Assembly: GCA_964016885.1 (NCBI GenBank)
Contig: OZ024755.1
Span: forward strand, 32,364,001-32,428,000
Reading direction: 5' to 3'
Length of the DNA stretch: 64,000 bases
Source of the DNA: Eledone cirrhosa
Taxonomy: Eukaryota
Below the pieces are notes generated by a model. That model did not search any database. It saw nothing but the letters and a program-made list of their open reading frames with translations, and was not told the origin of the DNA. Position 1 is the first letter of the stretch. Every line of letters starts with the position of its first letter. A program made the position numbers and the translations under genes. Of this stretch, positions 12,036-25,833 are shown piece after piece.

Positions 12036-12283
12036 TGAGCGTGTATTTTTGTAAGTGTGTCTGTGTTTGCACGTTTATATTTATATACTCATACATATAA
12101 ATATATGCATATGTACATACCCACATGCACACAGATATACACATATGTGTCAGTATGTTGAAAGAAAACCTCGGACTGATATAATTATGTACTAAGATTC
12201 TTTTGGCTTAGCATACTGGTTGATGCCTTGAGTTTGAAATTACCAGCCAATTTGACTTGTATACCTTGTGGTAGTTACAAGAA

Positions 12284-12769
12284 CTAGCAGAAAAACCACC
12301 CTTAGGGTGGTTTTCTGCAAGCATGTGTAGTGTGTATATTGATATTATACGCAAGTATATATACATGTAGATATGATACATCAAATAAAATCGTAATTCA
12401 CAATATATAATACATATAAATTGAACGAAGACTGTGTTACACTGTCTTATTTAATCAGTAACGTAATCCATGATACATTAAAAAAGACGATATTATATAT
12501 AAACTGCATTAGGAGAAAATTAGTGACGGAAATATATGAATGTTTATTTAAGCGATCGCTAACCGGAAGTGTTGACATTTCAGAAATTTTAAAGAAGTGA
12601 ATCTTTAAATAAACAAAATATATTTAATCAACAGCCACGAAATTTAGTAGATAAATTATGTAATATTCATTCATTATTTATTCAAAGTAATCAAACTTAT
12701 TTTACTAATGGGATAAAAAAATTATAAACTGTACGCAGTCCCGCGCTCCTTACTTTATTATAGTTTAGA
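12284..12769 (-). mobile_element. Non-autonomous Helitron, apparently complete (about 486 bp)
   Basis: Minus strand: 5' end A|TCTAAACTATAATAAAG; 3' hairpin CCACCC-TAA-GGGTGG then CTAG|T; inserted between A and T with no TSD. The 3' about 75 bp recur at 53003-53078. Confidence 0.65.
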
Positions 12770-12936
12770 TTAGTCAGATACTGCCAACATATCACATTTA
12801 TTCAGCGACTGTACATCTGTCACAAAACTAGGATGGAAAGATTGTGAAAGATTGGAAAAATATATATATATTCATTTTCCCTGACATTCCTCTTGATACA
12901 TTTTCAGAGAAAGGTGACAAGATACACACACACATA

Positions 12937-12976
<40 letters not shown>

Positions 12977-13442
12977 AATGTACATGCACACGCACATGAT
13001 ATCATCCTCTTGAGCATTCGTTATATTTCTATGTAGGAAATGTGGGAAGATTTGAGTTTCCAGACGTCTGAGATGACACGAGAATGGTGTAAATGCATGT
13101 GCACGCATGTGTGTGCCAGGGGCGAAGGGTCCATACATGCAACGCATGCAGTGGATGCGTTATAGAATCTTGAGTTGATCAGTTGCGTCGGATGCAGCAA
13201 GCGGAATTTTGGTTGCTTGCTAAACCGTAGACACAAAAAAAGATAACACACACACTAGATAACACTACATGCGGCTTTGACCGGGATGGTCATTTAGAGG
13301 GAATGAGGAGGGTGGGTGGGTGTCAGGCTGCACAGCCCCACTTTCCGCCATGGCGATTGGACTGCATGCTCTGCTTTCCAGGTTACCCTTCGTCACTGGT
13401 GTGTATATGTGTGTCTATAGTAATATTGTTTCAGACACAGAT

Positions 13443-13443
13443 G

Positions 13444-13482
<39 letters not shown>

Positions 13483-14640
13483 CTGCTTAATGTCTATATT
13501 TCATGCCTGAATGGGTTAGATGTGTTCTATCATTTTCAGCATGACTAGTAAGGTGACCATGTCTTGCTCATGCATTCATTTCTGGCTTGGTTTTTTTATA
13601 GCTGGATGCTTTTCCTAACACCAACCACTTTACAGCATGGTTTCTATGGCCGGGTGACCTTCCTCACACCATTTTACAGCATGTACTAGTAGCATGGTTT
13701 CTATGGCCGAGTGACCTTCCTAACACCACTTTACAGCATGTACTAATAGCTTGGTTTCTATGGCTGGTTGACCTTCCTCACACCACTTTACAGCATGTAC
13801 TAATAGCTTGGTTTCTATGGCCAGGTGACCTTCCTAACACCACTTTACAGCATGTACTAATAGCATGGTTTCTATGGCCGGGTTACCTTCCTCACACCAC
13901 TTTACAGCATGTACTAGTAGCATGGTTTCTATGGCTGGTTGACCTTCCTAACACCACTTTACAGCATGTACTAATAGCTTGGTTTCTATGGCTGGTTGAT
14001 CTTCCTAACACCACTTTACAGCATGTACTAATAGCTTGGTTTCTATGGCCGGGTGACCTTCCTAACACCACTTTACAGCATGTACTAGTAGCATGGTTTC
14101 TATGGCTGGTTGACCTTCCTAACACCACTTTACAGCATGTACTAATAGCTTGGTTTCTATGGCTGGTTGATCTTCCTAACACCACTTTACAGCATGTACT
14201 AATAGCTTGGTTTCTATGGCCGGGTGACCTTCCTAACACCACTTTACAGCATGTACTAGTAGCATGGTTTCTATGGCTGGGTGACCTTCCTAACACCACT
14301 TTACAGCATGTACTAATAGCTTGGTTTCTATGGCCGGGTGACCTTCCTAACACCACTTTACAGCATGTACTAGTAGCATGGTTTCTATGGCCAGGTGACC
14401 TTCCTAACACCACTTTACAGCATGTACTAATAGCTTGGTTTCTATGGCCGGGTGACCTTCCTAACACCACTTTACAGCATGTACTAATAGCTTGGTTTCT
14501 ATGGCTGGTTGACTTTCCTCACACCACTTTACAGCATGTACTGAGAACATTTCATTGTGGTTCTCTTATAGTGTGGATTGGGTGTTTTTTTTTATTGTGA
14601 TTCCAGCACTACCACTTTACAGACTGGGTTGGGTGTACTT
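13443..14640 (-). repeat. RTE-3'UTR-derived element with 57-bp tandem array (about 16 copies, about 13620-14542)
   Basis: (CAT)n tail plus RTE-tail motifs. Unit CACCACTTTACAGCATGTACTAATAGCTTGGTTTCTATGGCCGGGTGACCTTCCTAA; the ORF track shows 19-aa periodicity. Confidence 0.85.
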
Positions 14641-14832
14641 ATTTCCCCACTAGCTAGACATTAATCTAGCCACGACAGAATAGTTTCTACCAGTTTAAAT
14701 ACATGCATATTTTTCAAATATATCTTTTTACCAGTGATCATTTATCTGCTTGCACACATTTTCAATATGACAAACATTTGTTACATTTATGTAAACTATA
14801 TCTTTGATTGATGTTATTATGGCCTGTTATGT

Positions 14833-15550
14833 TTAACCCTTTAGCATTTACATTACTTTGTATGTACTTTTGTGGTAAAGGCTTTATCTCACATTACATT
14901 TACATTACTCTATATTTATGATTGTATTTTCATGGTAAAGGCTTTATCTCACATAATTATCTCATATAATATCGAATCTACGAGATTTTTATGTTATTTA
15001 TTTTGAGAACAATACCTTAACATTAACGTATGAGTGGCTGGTTACAGCCAATTTGAACAGAAAGAGGTGAGAGAATTCTGGCCAGATAGAACCAGTTTGA
15101 ACAGAAAAAGGTGAGAGAATTCTGGACAGATAGAACCAGTTTGAACAGAAAAAGATGAGAGAATTCTGGACAGATAGAACCAGTTTGAACAGAAAAAAGG
15201 TGAGAGAATTCTGGACAGATAGAACCAGTTTGAACAGAAAAAGGTGAGAGAATTCTGGAAAGATAGAACCAGTTTGAACAGAAAAAGGTGAGAGAATTCT
15301 GGACAGATAGAACCAGTTTTAACAGAAAAAGGTGAGAATTCTGGACAGATAGAACCAGTTTGAACAGAAAAAGGTGAGAGAATTCTGGACAGATAGAACC
15401 AGTTTGAATAGAAAAAGGTGAGAATTCTGGACAGATAGAACCAGTTTGAACAGAAAAAGGTGAGAGAATTCTGGACAGATAGAACCAGTTTGAACAGAAA
15501 AAGGTGAGAATTCTGGACAGATAGAACCAGTTTAAATGCTAAAGGGTTAA
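14833..15550 (-). mobile_element. Family M MITE with 44-bp tandem array (about 11 copies)
   Basis: TTAA-flanked TIRs at both ends; unit GAACAGAAAAAGGTGAGAGAATTCTGGACAGATAGAACCAGTTT. Confidence 0.85.
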
Positions 15551-18371
15551 TAATTTGTATTTCTTGTAATTGTACTTTGTCTTCAAATAGTTCTGCATCT
15601 TATAATGGAGAAGATCCTTCAGTTTGGTCAACAGCATGAGAACAATATCTTAACATCAGTATGAGCAACCGGTTACAGCTGATTTGAACAGAAAGAGGTG
15701 AGAGAATTCTGGCCAGATATGGCCAGTTTAAATGCTAAAGGGTTAATACATTTGAATGCTGTCCTGTTTTAATCTGTATTCTCAAATCATAGGCTATGTA
15801 ATTATTCAACCAACAAAAAAGGAAGAGGGCTATATTTTGTTTATATTTAGGAAATAAAAGTAAAAAGTTATATGGTTTTTATCTTTTTACAATCACCATT
15901 TAATTTCCCTTTCTCTCTTTTTACACACACATTGTGATAATGTAATAAAATTCTCAACATTTGTATATATGTGTTTATGTATATAATACACACAAATATA
16001 TGCATACACACACACAAATATATATTAAGCATACATACATATGTATGAATATGTACATTAATCTCCATCTATAGCTTGAAAATGCTTTATATTGTTTAAG
16101 AAAGATTATACTGGAATAGTTTCATGTTTCCTTCTAGTAGAAATAAAACCTATGGAGAGAATAAGATGTATGACATTCAAGTCTTTTCCTTGAGGTATCA
16201 GTAATACAAGGGAAATGAAATGGCTAAAACAGGAATTCACAAATAGATTGCAGACTTATCCACTGGAAGCTTTTTATTCTACTATGCCTGGACATGTGTC
16301 CACACACACAGCATAAAAGCACACTTACTCACACAAATATACATAATACATACATACTTATTATATATAAAAGTAAAGGATGTAAGCAACAGGATGCTTA
16401 TTGCATATGGTTGCCAACAAGCTCAGACTATACTATACAATAGAGAATATTTTGAAGTTTCAACAATAGGGTTTGGGTTAGACATTTGACATATGCATAA
16501 TTAAATGGGACAGAGTATCAAGTCAAAATATCCAATACACAAGACCACACATAAATAAAAAGTCATATTTTCTATAGCAACTCTCACTTCATCCACTACA
16601 GACTTTTTGATATAATAATCTATTCTTTGAATTCTCCATTTTTTTACTGGGAGCCTAATGAGGTCATATGTTTGTTTAGACGTATACATCATCATCCTCA
16701 TCATTACCATCACTGTTTAATGCCTATTTTCCATGCTTGTATGGGTTAAATGGGTTGTCATGTGCTGAGGCTAGACTCGTCAGGTGACTATGCTTGCTTG
16801 TATTCTCCGTTTCTACAGCTGGATGCCTGTCTTAATGCCAACCACTTTACCGCATGTACTAGGAGCATTTTATCATGGAAACAGGACTACCACCTTACAG
16901 AGTTGACTGGGTGCTTTAGACAAATATATTATAAATATTCTTAGAGAAAGGAATATGAGTTAATGTGTACAATAACATTTTCTAAGCCTTCTTCATGCTC
17001 GCAAAGTTCAGTTCTATGTCATTGAACACAATCTAAAATCTTTGTGAATCTTTACATTGCCAGGAATATACATTATCTATCCCCAATCTATTGATAATCT
17101 TTTGGGAAGTATACTGCTAAAGATTTTAGTACAGGGCTATTGTTCACAAGCAATAACTTTACTTCACATGTATCTACCTTAGTTAACTTATCTAAACAAT
17201 TGGTAACATTCTTTTGCTCAGTTGAGTAGTTAGTAATTGAAAAACATCCAGTTAAAAAATCAAAACAAAAAACTTCCTTTCACATCTTGTACGCTGATAT
17301 GCAAATATTCACCAAAAATCCCAGCTATGTTACCAGCGAGAAATGAATGTAAAGCAATATAGTTTATCTATCCATCACTTTCAGTGTCCATATTCCATTC
17401 ACATATGCTACTACATACAAAAGTAGGGGTAACTTAGAGCTACTGTGGAAAATATACCCCCTGACCTCTCGCTCTCACCTCTCTCACCACACCTCTCGTT
17501 CTCACCACACCTCTCTCACCATATCTCTCTCTCTCTCTCACCACTGTGCAAAATATATCTCCTTCCATATTAGTGCACTCTAGCTGCAATATACCCACTG
17601 TGTACATGCACTACACACACGATACACGTGTGCTTGCAAGAATTAATAATGAGAAGAAAACAAACAAAAGAGATGGAAAGTGATAATGAAGTACTCAGAG
17701 GAAACAGGGAGAGGAAACCATAAATCAAAAATGACTTGTGATCCTCTTATCCGTTCTCGCATTGAAAGAACAACTGAAATAATTATGTTTAATGGAGACA
17801 AACAGTTTTTTTGTTGTGTCAGTAAATTGCAGTATGTAATTCTGGTGAGTTCTTGAAACTGGCTGGCAGCCATCCATCTTGTACAGAAATGATAAGCTAA
17901 AGAGCACTAAAGAAGAGAGGGAGGAAAATAAAGGAAGGGTCGGGAGAAAGTTAAGGGATGAAAGCAGGGGAAAAAAATATATCCTACTTTATCTATATAT
18001 AAAAACGGATGGGGAACAAACCAACCCCCCTACCCCCCATCCTGACCCCTATCTAAAAATAAATAAATAGATGAATGATTATCTACTGTGACTCTTTAAC
18101 TATCATTGTTAAGTTGGAATATGGTGTTTAGTTGGACTTTAAATCTCTGGGTGTCCAGCAACCTCATCTTACACCATATATTAGTATCAATCTGCAATAT
18201 GTTAAATTATTAAAGGTTAGTCATAAAATAAGTTAATACACAAAACTAAATAACAAAATTTGATTCAAACCACAATTGGAGGATATTGCTGTTGAAGGGT
18301 AGACTGGAAAATACTAAAATTTGGGTAATAGTAATATGAAAATAATTTAAATGCTTTCTCTTTATCTTTGT

Positions 18372-18808
18372 GGAGCCTTGTGGCCTAGTGGTAAGAGTGT
18401 TGGACTTACGATTATAATGTTGTGGGTTTAATTCCTGGGTTGTGTTGTGTTCTTGAACAAAAACACTTCATTTCACATTGCTCCAGTATACTCAAATGAA
18501 AATGAGTACCAACAATAACGGGGCGGGGGTGGGGGGTGGGTGGGTAACCCTGTGATAGACTGGTGTCCTGTTCAGGAAGGTGTCTTGTACTCTCAGTCAC
18601 TTCACGCTATGAAACCGGGATAAGCACCAGCCAAATGAGCCTTCTGGCTTAAGACAGACTTTAACTTAACATTATATATATACTTTACATAACCCTGCGA
18701 TGGACTGGCGTCCTGTCCAGGGGGAAGCCTTGTACTCTCAGTCACTTCACGCCATGAAACCGGGATAAGCACCGGTCTAACAAGCTTCCTGGCTTAAGAC
18801 AGACTTTA
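18372..18808 (+). mobile_element. tRNA/CORE SINE family E plus tandem 3' partial copy (18690-18808)
   Basis: A box TGGCCTAGTGG, CORE-like segment, then AACCCTGCGATGGACTGGCGTCCTGTCCAGGGG...GAAACCGGGATAAGC...AGACTTTA. Confidence 0.7.
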
Positions 18809-19214
18809 GAGACTTAGACAATCTGCTTAATAGTGAATCTAATTTTTCTACTGTTATTGTTTTTATAGTCAACTTCCCTAGTGTTGGTGCCACAATACAA
18901 TGTGTTTGCGTGAATGGGGATCATATAATGGGTCCCTGATCCATGATAATGTCCATGGCTCTGTTTGATGACATGTTCAACCCTTGCTAGCAAGGAAAAT
19001 GGATGCTAAACAATTAGGATGATGATGATGAGGAGATAAACTGATTAAGATGTCAATAATGGAAAATAGAACCATCAAACCAACAGAAATAGCAATAAAA
19101 AAATAATTTATAAAGTATACGATGTGATAATTTATTCCATAGAGAAATTCTTATTTTTCTATTTGAAAATTTAGACAATTTAGAGATCTGATTAAGATGA
19201 ATTCATCATTCTGT

Positions 19215-19585
19215 TTTGACAAAAAGCACCCAGCCCTCACTGTAAAGTGTTCATGTAGATGTCATGACAAAAAGCACTCAGTTGACACTTTGAAGTGGTT
19301 GTGTAGTTGTCATAACAAAAAGCACCCAGTTCACATTGTAAAGTGGTTGTGTAGGTGTCATAACAAAAAGCACCCAGTTGACACTGTAAAGTGGTTGTGT
19401 AGGTGTCATACAAAAAGCACCCAGTCGATACTGTAAAGTGGTCATGTAAGTGTCACAACAAAAAGCACCCAGTCGATACTGTAAAGTGGTCATGTAAGTG
19501 TCACAACAAAAAGCACCCAGTCGATACTGTAAAGTGGTCATGTAAGTGTCACAACAAAAAGCACCCAGTCCTCACTGTAAAGTTT
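19215..19585 (+). repeat. 48-49-bp RTE-tail-derived array (about 7 copies)
   Basis: Unit ACAAAAAGCACCCAGTCGATACTGTAAAGTGGTCATGTAAGTGTCACA. Confidence 0.85.
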
Positions 19586-19726
19586 TTCTTTAAGTGGCTG
19601 TATTAACATGGTGTGTTAAAGTCTACAAAATGGTCAGGTCTTTACAATCACACACAGACACACACTCACATGCGCGCTTGTGTGCATATATATATATATG
19701 TGTGTGTGTGTACATATATATATATA

Positions 19727-19761
<35 letters not shown>

Positions 19762-19787
19762 GTGGGTGTGTATATATATATATATTA

Positions 19788-19951
19788 ATAATAATAAATG
19801 TGAAGACTAAAATCTGAAGAGGGCTCAATAAGGGTAAATATATATCAAATATATAAAAACCATAGAGCAAATATTTATTAAATTAAATTAAAATAACAGA
19901 TTAAAGTTTAAGCAAATAATCACTGCTTTCACCCTTAACGGGATCTTCTGA
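19788..19951 (-). mobile_element. Family H4 fragment (Penelope-like remnant)
   Basis: Reverse complement of about 58100-58250; another rearranged copy at about 22490-22625. Confidence 0.55.
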
Positions 19952-19969
19952 CAATACATTTCATTTACA

Positions 19970-20388
19970 CATATATATATATATATGTATATATATAGGA
20001 AAATGTATGACCCCAACGGCAGAGCTCAAGCCGCTTTGACAGTTATTTCTGGTTCCTTACCACAACTCCTTTGTTATATATATATATATATATATATATA
20101 CATACATATATGTATATACATATTTTTATATATATATATATATATACATATTTTTATATATATATATATATACATATTTTTATATATATATATATACATA
20201 TTTATATATATATATATATATATACATATTTATATATATATATATATATATATACATATTTATATATATATATATATATGTATATACATATATATATATA
20301 CATATATATACATATTTATATATATATATATATACATATTTATATATATATATATATATATATGTATATACATATATATATATATACA

Positions 20389-20449
<61 letters not shown>

Positions 20450-20522
20450 TTATATATATATATATGTATATACATATATATATACACATATATGTATATA
20501 CATATATATATACACATATATG

Positions 20523-20619
<97 letters not shown>
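19970..20619. repeat. (TA)n / compound AT microsatellite containing a degenerate H3 copy (about 19998-20075)
   Basis: Direct reading. Confidence 0.9.
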
Positions 20620-20621
<2 letters not shown>

Positions 20622-20952
20622 AGGCACATGGCTTAGTGGTTAGAGCATTGGCCTTGCAATCGAAAGGTTGAGTTCAATTCTCAGACCGGGTGATGTGTTG
20701 TTTCCTTGAGCGAGACACTTTATTTCACATTGCTCCAGTTTACTCAGCTGTAGAAATGAGATGATAGGGACTGGGTTCCCTATCATTCCACTGCAAAGTG
20801 GTCGTGGAGGTGCCACGGCAAAAAAGCACCCAGCACTCACTGTAAATGAGGTTGGTGTTAGGAAGGGCATCCAGCTGTAGAAATCAAGCCAAAATCAGTT
20901 CCCATCCCACCCTTGCAAGCAGGGAAAAGCGGACGTAAAATGAAATGATGAT
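20620..20952 (+). mobile_element. SINE family C, full length
   Basis: Near-identical to 8636-8966. Confidence 0.88.
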
Positions 20953-21031
20953 ATATATATATATACATATATGTATATACATATATATACACACACATAT
21001 ACATATATATATACATATATATATATATATA

Positions 21032-21072
<41 letters not shown>

Positions 21073-22659
21073 TTTACACGCACATACATATATATATGTA
21101 TTGTCTGAAGGTCAGTTGTAATTTACTTAGTTGATAATTTAATATATTTAATAAGATTCTTATATTTAAAAATTGAAAATTCAAAACATCAACAATATTG
21201 TTATCCTCTTCACACATTTCCCCCTCAATTTCACAGATTCAGGGTTAGACTTATTGGAGTAACATTAGAGCAGCAAATGTTTTGTTCTTCAAGTTTTCAT
21301 TTTAGTCTTAAAATTGATGAAAATACAATACTTAACTGTTTATTTCTGAGTATTTGTATTTATCTAAAAACCTTCCATCATAATTTTCATAAGAACCTTC
21401 GTTAAGTTATGTTCCAAACACCAGATTAATAATGAGTTAGGTATATTACTAAAACCATTCCAAATTCTTGATTATTTTCAAAATGATTTGAAAATTATAA
21501 GTAGTGTCTTTTATGAGAAATACAGAAATGAAAAGGTTAACAAACCAGAAAAACAGCAGATTGTAACCCCCCCCCCAACCGCCCGTTGAATTCTTAGCTA
21601 CACAGTCGCAGCTAGTCTAAATTATAAGTATGTAACATGCACTCCTGAAAAATAGTGTAATCTGTTATTTGTAACCCAATTTGGCATCCCTGTTGTAATG
21701 GGGAAATTTACCATGCAACAATATTGATAGATTGTATTTCCAATTAAATTGAAATATTGATTTTGTTTGGCTTAAACTTTTTCTAAGTTCTACATTTAGA
21801 TTTTGAAATATTTAATGTTTAATGAAATCATTCGTTAAACAACAGAAATTTGAATATAAAAAAGAAATTTGGATAAAATATTTTATTGATAAATTTTTTT
21901 TACTCTTCTCTGAAATTCACCCTACAAGTTGTCTTTTACTTATTTGTAGCTGTTCAATATTTGTGTATGTTAATATTTATTTAAAAATAGTCACCAAATG
22001 CTTTTTATAGAAACATATATGAATATATAGTTTTTTTTTTGCACCAGGGATTTTAATTGGAAATTACCGAACTGTGTAGATTGGTGATAAATAAGAATCA
22101 TTAAGAATATTATTTTTAAAAGGAAACAGTTTCATCCAGTAGGCTGTGGCCATGCTAGGGTACTGCAATTGTTACCAAATGTGGGTTTCTGTCATGATGT
22201 ACCCTTACCATAGATCTTGGATAGTAGAATATCCAAGTATGGTTTGAATGTGTCAACATTTACTGAATCTAGATACCTTATATTCATTGGCAGGATATTG
22301 TGAAAAACTCTGTTTCTTTAAGCACTATGTTATCACAGCATCTGGACCTAAATTAAAATGGTGAGAATAGGACTTCTGGTACTCCATAGTGGTGCCCAGT
22401 TCAAAGATTTCATAGCCCTCAATCAATGCCAAAGTTAGATGCTAGTACTTCCACACACACACACATGTGTACATATATATATATATAGTGATAATAATAA
22501 ATGTGAAGACTAAAATCCAATGAGGGCTCGATAAGGATTATATATATATATAAATATATATAAAAACCAAAGATCCCGTTAAGGGTGAAAGCAGCGATTC
22601 TTAAACTTTAATTTGTTATTTTAATATATATATATATGTATATAAATAATATAAGCAAT

Positions 22660-23007
22660 AGGCTTAGTGGTTATAGCATTGGCCTTGCAATCGAAAGGTT
22701 GTGAGTTCAATTCTCAGACCGGGTGATGTGTTGTGTCCTTGAGCAAGACACTTTATTTCACATTGCTCCAGTTTACTCAATTGTAGAAATGACCACTTTG
22801 TAGTGGAGGTGCCAAGCCAAAAAAGCATCCAGCCCACACTGTTAAGTGGACGTGTAGGCACCACGGAAAAAAAAGCACCCAGCACTCACTGTAAATGAGG
22901 TTGGTGTTAGGAAGGGCATCCAGCTGTAGAAATCAAGCCAGAATCAGTTCCCGTCCCACCCTTGCAAGCAGGGAAAAGCGGATGTATGATGATGATGATG
23001 ATGATGA
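22660..23007 (+). mobile_element. SINE family C variant with an extra internal 48-bp module
   Basis: Same head and tail as family C; duplicated GCACCCAG/CTGT module. Confidence 0.8.
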
Positions 23008-24332
23008 ATATAAGCAAGTATTGCAGTTATCTTGTTCAAGCATTCATTCTTGGTATACATAAACACAATCTTATCTAGCTTCACACACACACACAGACAC
23101 ATACATATATAATATCTATGCCAGGTCAGGTGACATGGTCACCTGACCTGGCATTGCTCACAACAGGATAACTCATCTAACTCATGCCAGAGTGGAAAAT
23201 GGACATTAAATGGTGCTGATGATCATGATATATCATCACCATCCTTGTACATCTGCTTTCCATACTTGCATGGGTTGGATGGGTTATCAAGGTTCAAGGC
23301 AGTTCCTATTCAGAGTTATTAACCCTCTGTACATTCCAGAATGTTGGCATGGTTTCTACAGTTTAATGAGGCCCTTCCTAACACCAACCAGTTTACAGAG
23401 TGCACAGGATGATTTTATTGAGACACCAACATTAAAGGGGTTATTATGTCCTCAACAGGACTGTGGTTAAGGGGTTTGTTTCAAGTCCTCATGGTTTTAA
23501 ATTCAGACCAACTTGGGCAAGTGACTTAGTCATATTGATGATTACTCTGAAGGGAGAAATTTACAAAGTGCTGAAATAGGTTCTTGTGTAACAGTTGACA
23601 TATTCACAGAAGTTGTGATTGTATGGGAATAGGACAGGAAGTTATTTTCATAAGTTGGAATAAATCTTCTTGCTCTTGCTCAATGAGACCAGGGTCATCC
23701 TAAGCCAATGATCCCAAAGTATCATCGTCCGTAGAGCCGATCAGGTCTCGTGCCAGCTCCTTAGCATTCTCCAAGGTGATGTCGAGCCTCCGGAGATCTT
23801 CCATGATGATATCCAGCCATCTGGTGCATATCCAGCCTGCCACGAGACCTCTTCCAGCCTGCAGTCACTGCACCTTAGCAATATTTATCCTGGGTCTTTG
23901 CTTTTTGAGTTCAAATCTCACAGAGGTCAACTTTGACTTTCATTCTTCCAAGGTCAATAAAATAAAGTTCCAAAGTACCAGTCAAACACTAGAGTTGATA
24001 TGATCAACAATTCCTTCCTTTCAAAGTTGCTGGTCTTGTGTCTAAATTAGGAAACATCATTTCCGGTTAGCTTTGCCTTTCATCCTTACAGGGTTGATAA
24101 AATAAAGTACCAGTAATGTACTGGGGTTGATTTAATTGACTTGCCTCTCCTCCCAAAATTACTAGCCTTGTGCCTAAAGTAGAAATAGTTTTTTCATGGT
24201 AACAGGGTAATGGATGCGATCCCATTAGGGCTGGAATGATCAGTAAGTGTTTTGTGCTGCACTTAATTAAAATAATGTTTTAATTAAGTTCTGTGCAAAA
24301 GTTCAAATTTCCAGAATCATATCAGGGAAGAA

Positions 24333-25487
24333 ATAATTGTTTCTACTTTTGGCACAAGGCCAGCAATTACTGGTACTTTATTTTATCGACCCCGTAAGGA
24401 TGAAAGGCAAAGTCAACCTCGGCGGGATTTGAACTCAGATCGTAAAGGGACGTAACTATGCTGGAAAGCATGGCGTCCGACCCTCTACCGATACTGCCAA
24501 TCCACCGCCCATGGCGTCCGACCCTCTACCGATACTGCCAATCCACCACCCATGGCGTCCGACCCTCTACCGATACTGCCAATCCACCGCCCAAGGCGTC
24601 CGACCCTCTACCGATACTGCCAATCCACCGCCCATGGCGTCCGACCCTCTACCGATACTGCCAATCCACCACCCATGGCGTCCGACCCTCTACCGATACT
24701 GCCAATCCACCGCCCAAGGCGTCCGACCCTCTACCGATACTGCCAGTCCACCGCCCATGGCGTCCGACCCTCTACCGATACTGCCAATCCACCACCCATG
24801 GCGTCCGACCCTCTACCGATACTGCCAATCCACCACCCATGGTGTCCGACCCTCTACCGATACTGCCAATCCACCGCCCATGGCGTCCGACCCTCTACCG
24901 ATACTGCCAATCCACCGCCCATGGCGTCCGACCCTCTACCGATACTGCCAATCCACCGCCCAAGGCGTCCGACCCTCTACCGATACTGCCAATCTACCAC
25001 CCATGGCGTCCGACCCTCTACCGATACTGCCAATCCACCGCCCATGGCATCCGACCCTCTACCAATACTGCCAATCTACCACCCATGGCGTCCGACCCTC
25101 TACCGATACTGCCAATCCACCGCCCATGGCGTCCGACCCTCTACCGATACTGCCAATCCACCACCCATGGCGTCCGACCCTCTACCGATACTGCCAATCC
25201 ACCGCCCATGGCGTCCGACCCTCTACCGATACTGCCAATCCACCGCCCATGGCGTCCGACCCTCTACCGATACTGCCAATCCACCGCCCAAGGCGTCCGA
25301 CCCTCTACCGATACTGCCAATCTACCACCCATGGCGTCCGACCCTCTACCGATACTGCCAATCCACCGCCCATGGCATCCGACCCTCTACCAATACTGCC
25401 AATCTACCACCCATGGCGTCCGACCCTCTACCGATACTGCCAATCCACCGCCCATGGCGTCCGACCCTCTACCGACACTGCCAATCC
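24333..25487 (-). repeat. SINE-B copy whose first 41 bp (A-box region) is tandemly amplified about 25 times
   Basis: SINE body at 24333-24510; unit CATGGCGTCCGACCCTCTACCGATACTGCCAATCCACCGCC from 24470. Confidence 0.92.
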
Positions 25488-25833
25488 AAAGTAATAATGG
25501 AATAAAACGTGCATAACTGATTAAAGAAGAGAATATAATAAGCAGCCTTAGTAGGATTTAATCAATGATAAAGGCATTATGTTTATTGGGGTCTAACAAG
25601 AAGTTGATATCAGTCATGCTTACATTTTATGAATTTGAGCACTTACTCTAATATACTAGAGATAACTTATTTGATTAACTGTCAGAAAGATGAACTTTGC
25701 ATTAACAAATGAAGATGAATGTCAATAATCTATATTAGTTGACCAGTATACACTTAATAAACCCTAGTTAGTGACTTCTCTCTGTCTCTTTACATTTCTC
25801 TACCTCAACCAATTATTCATAATATATTTTTAA

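Noticed and set aside
16940-17460. Possible decayed hAT-like transposase on the minus strand
   Set aside because: Many stops and no motif I can identify confidently.
17700-17900. Unique-looking segment with a Hox/Pbx-type site (CCATAAATCA)
   Set aside because: A single short motif in AT-rich DNA is expected by chance; conservation data would be needed.
19985-20671. Long YI/HT/CV-rich ORFs here and at 11.3, 26.2, 41.6, 45.4 and 61.0 kb
   Set aside because: Microsatellite translations.
24458-25516. Three overlapping ORFs of 317-352 aa
   Set aside because: Translation of a stop-free 41-bp SINE-derived tandem repeat.
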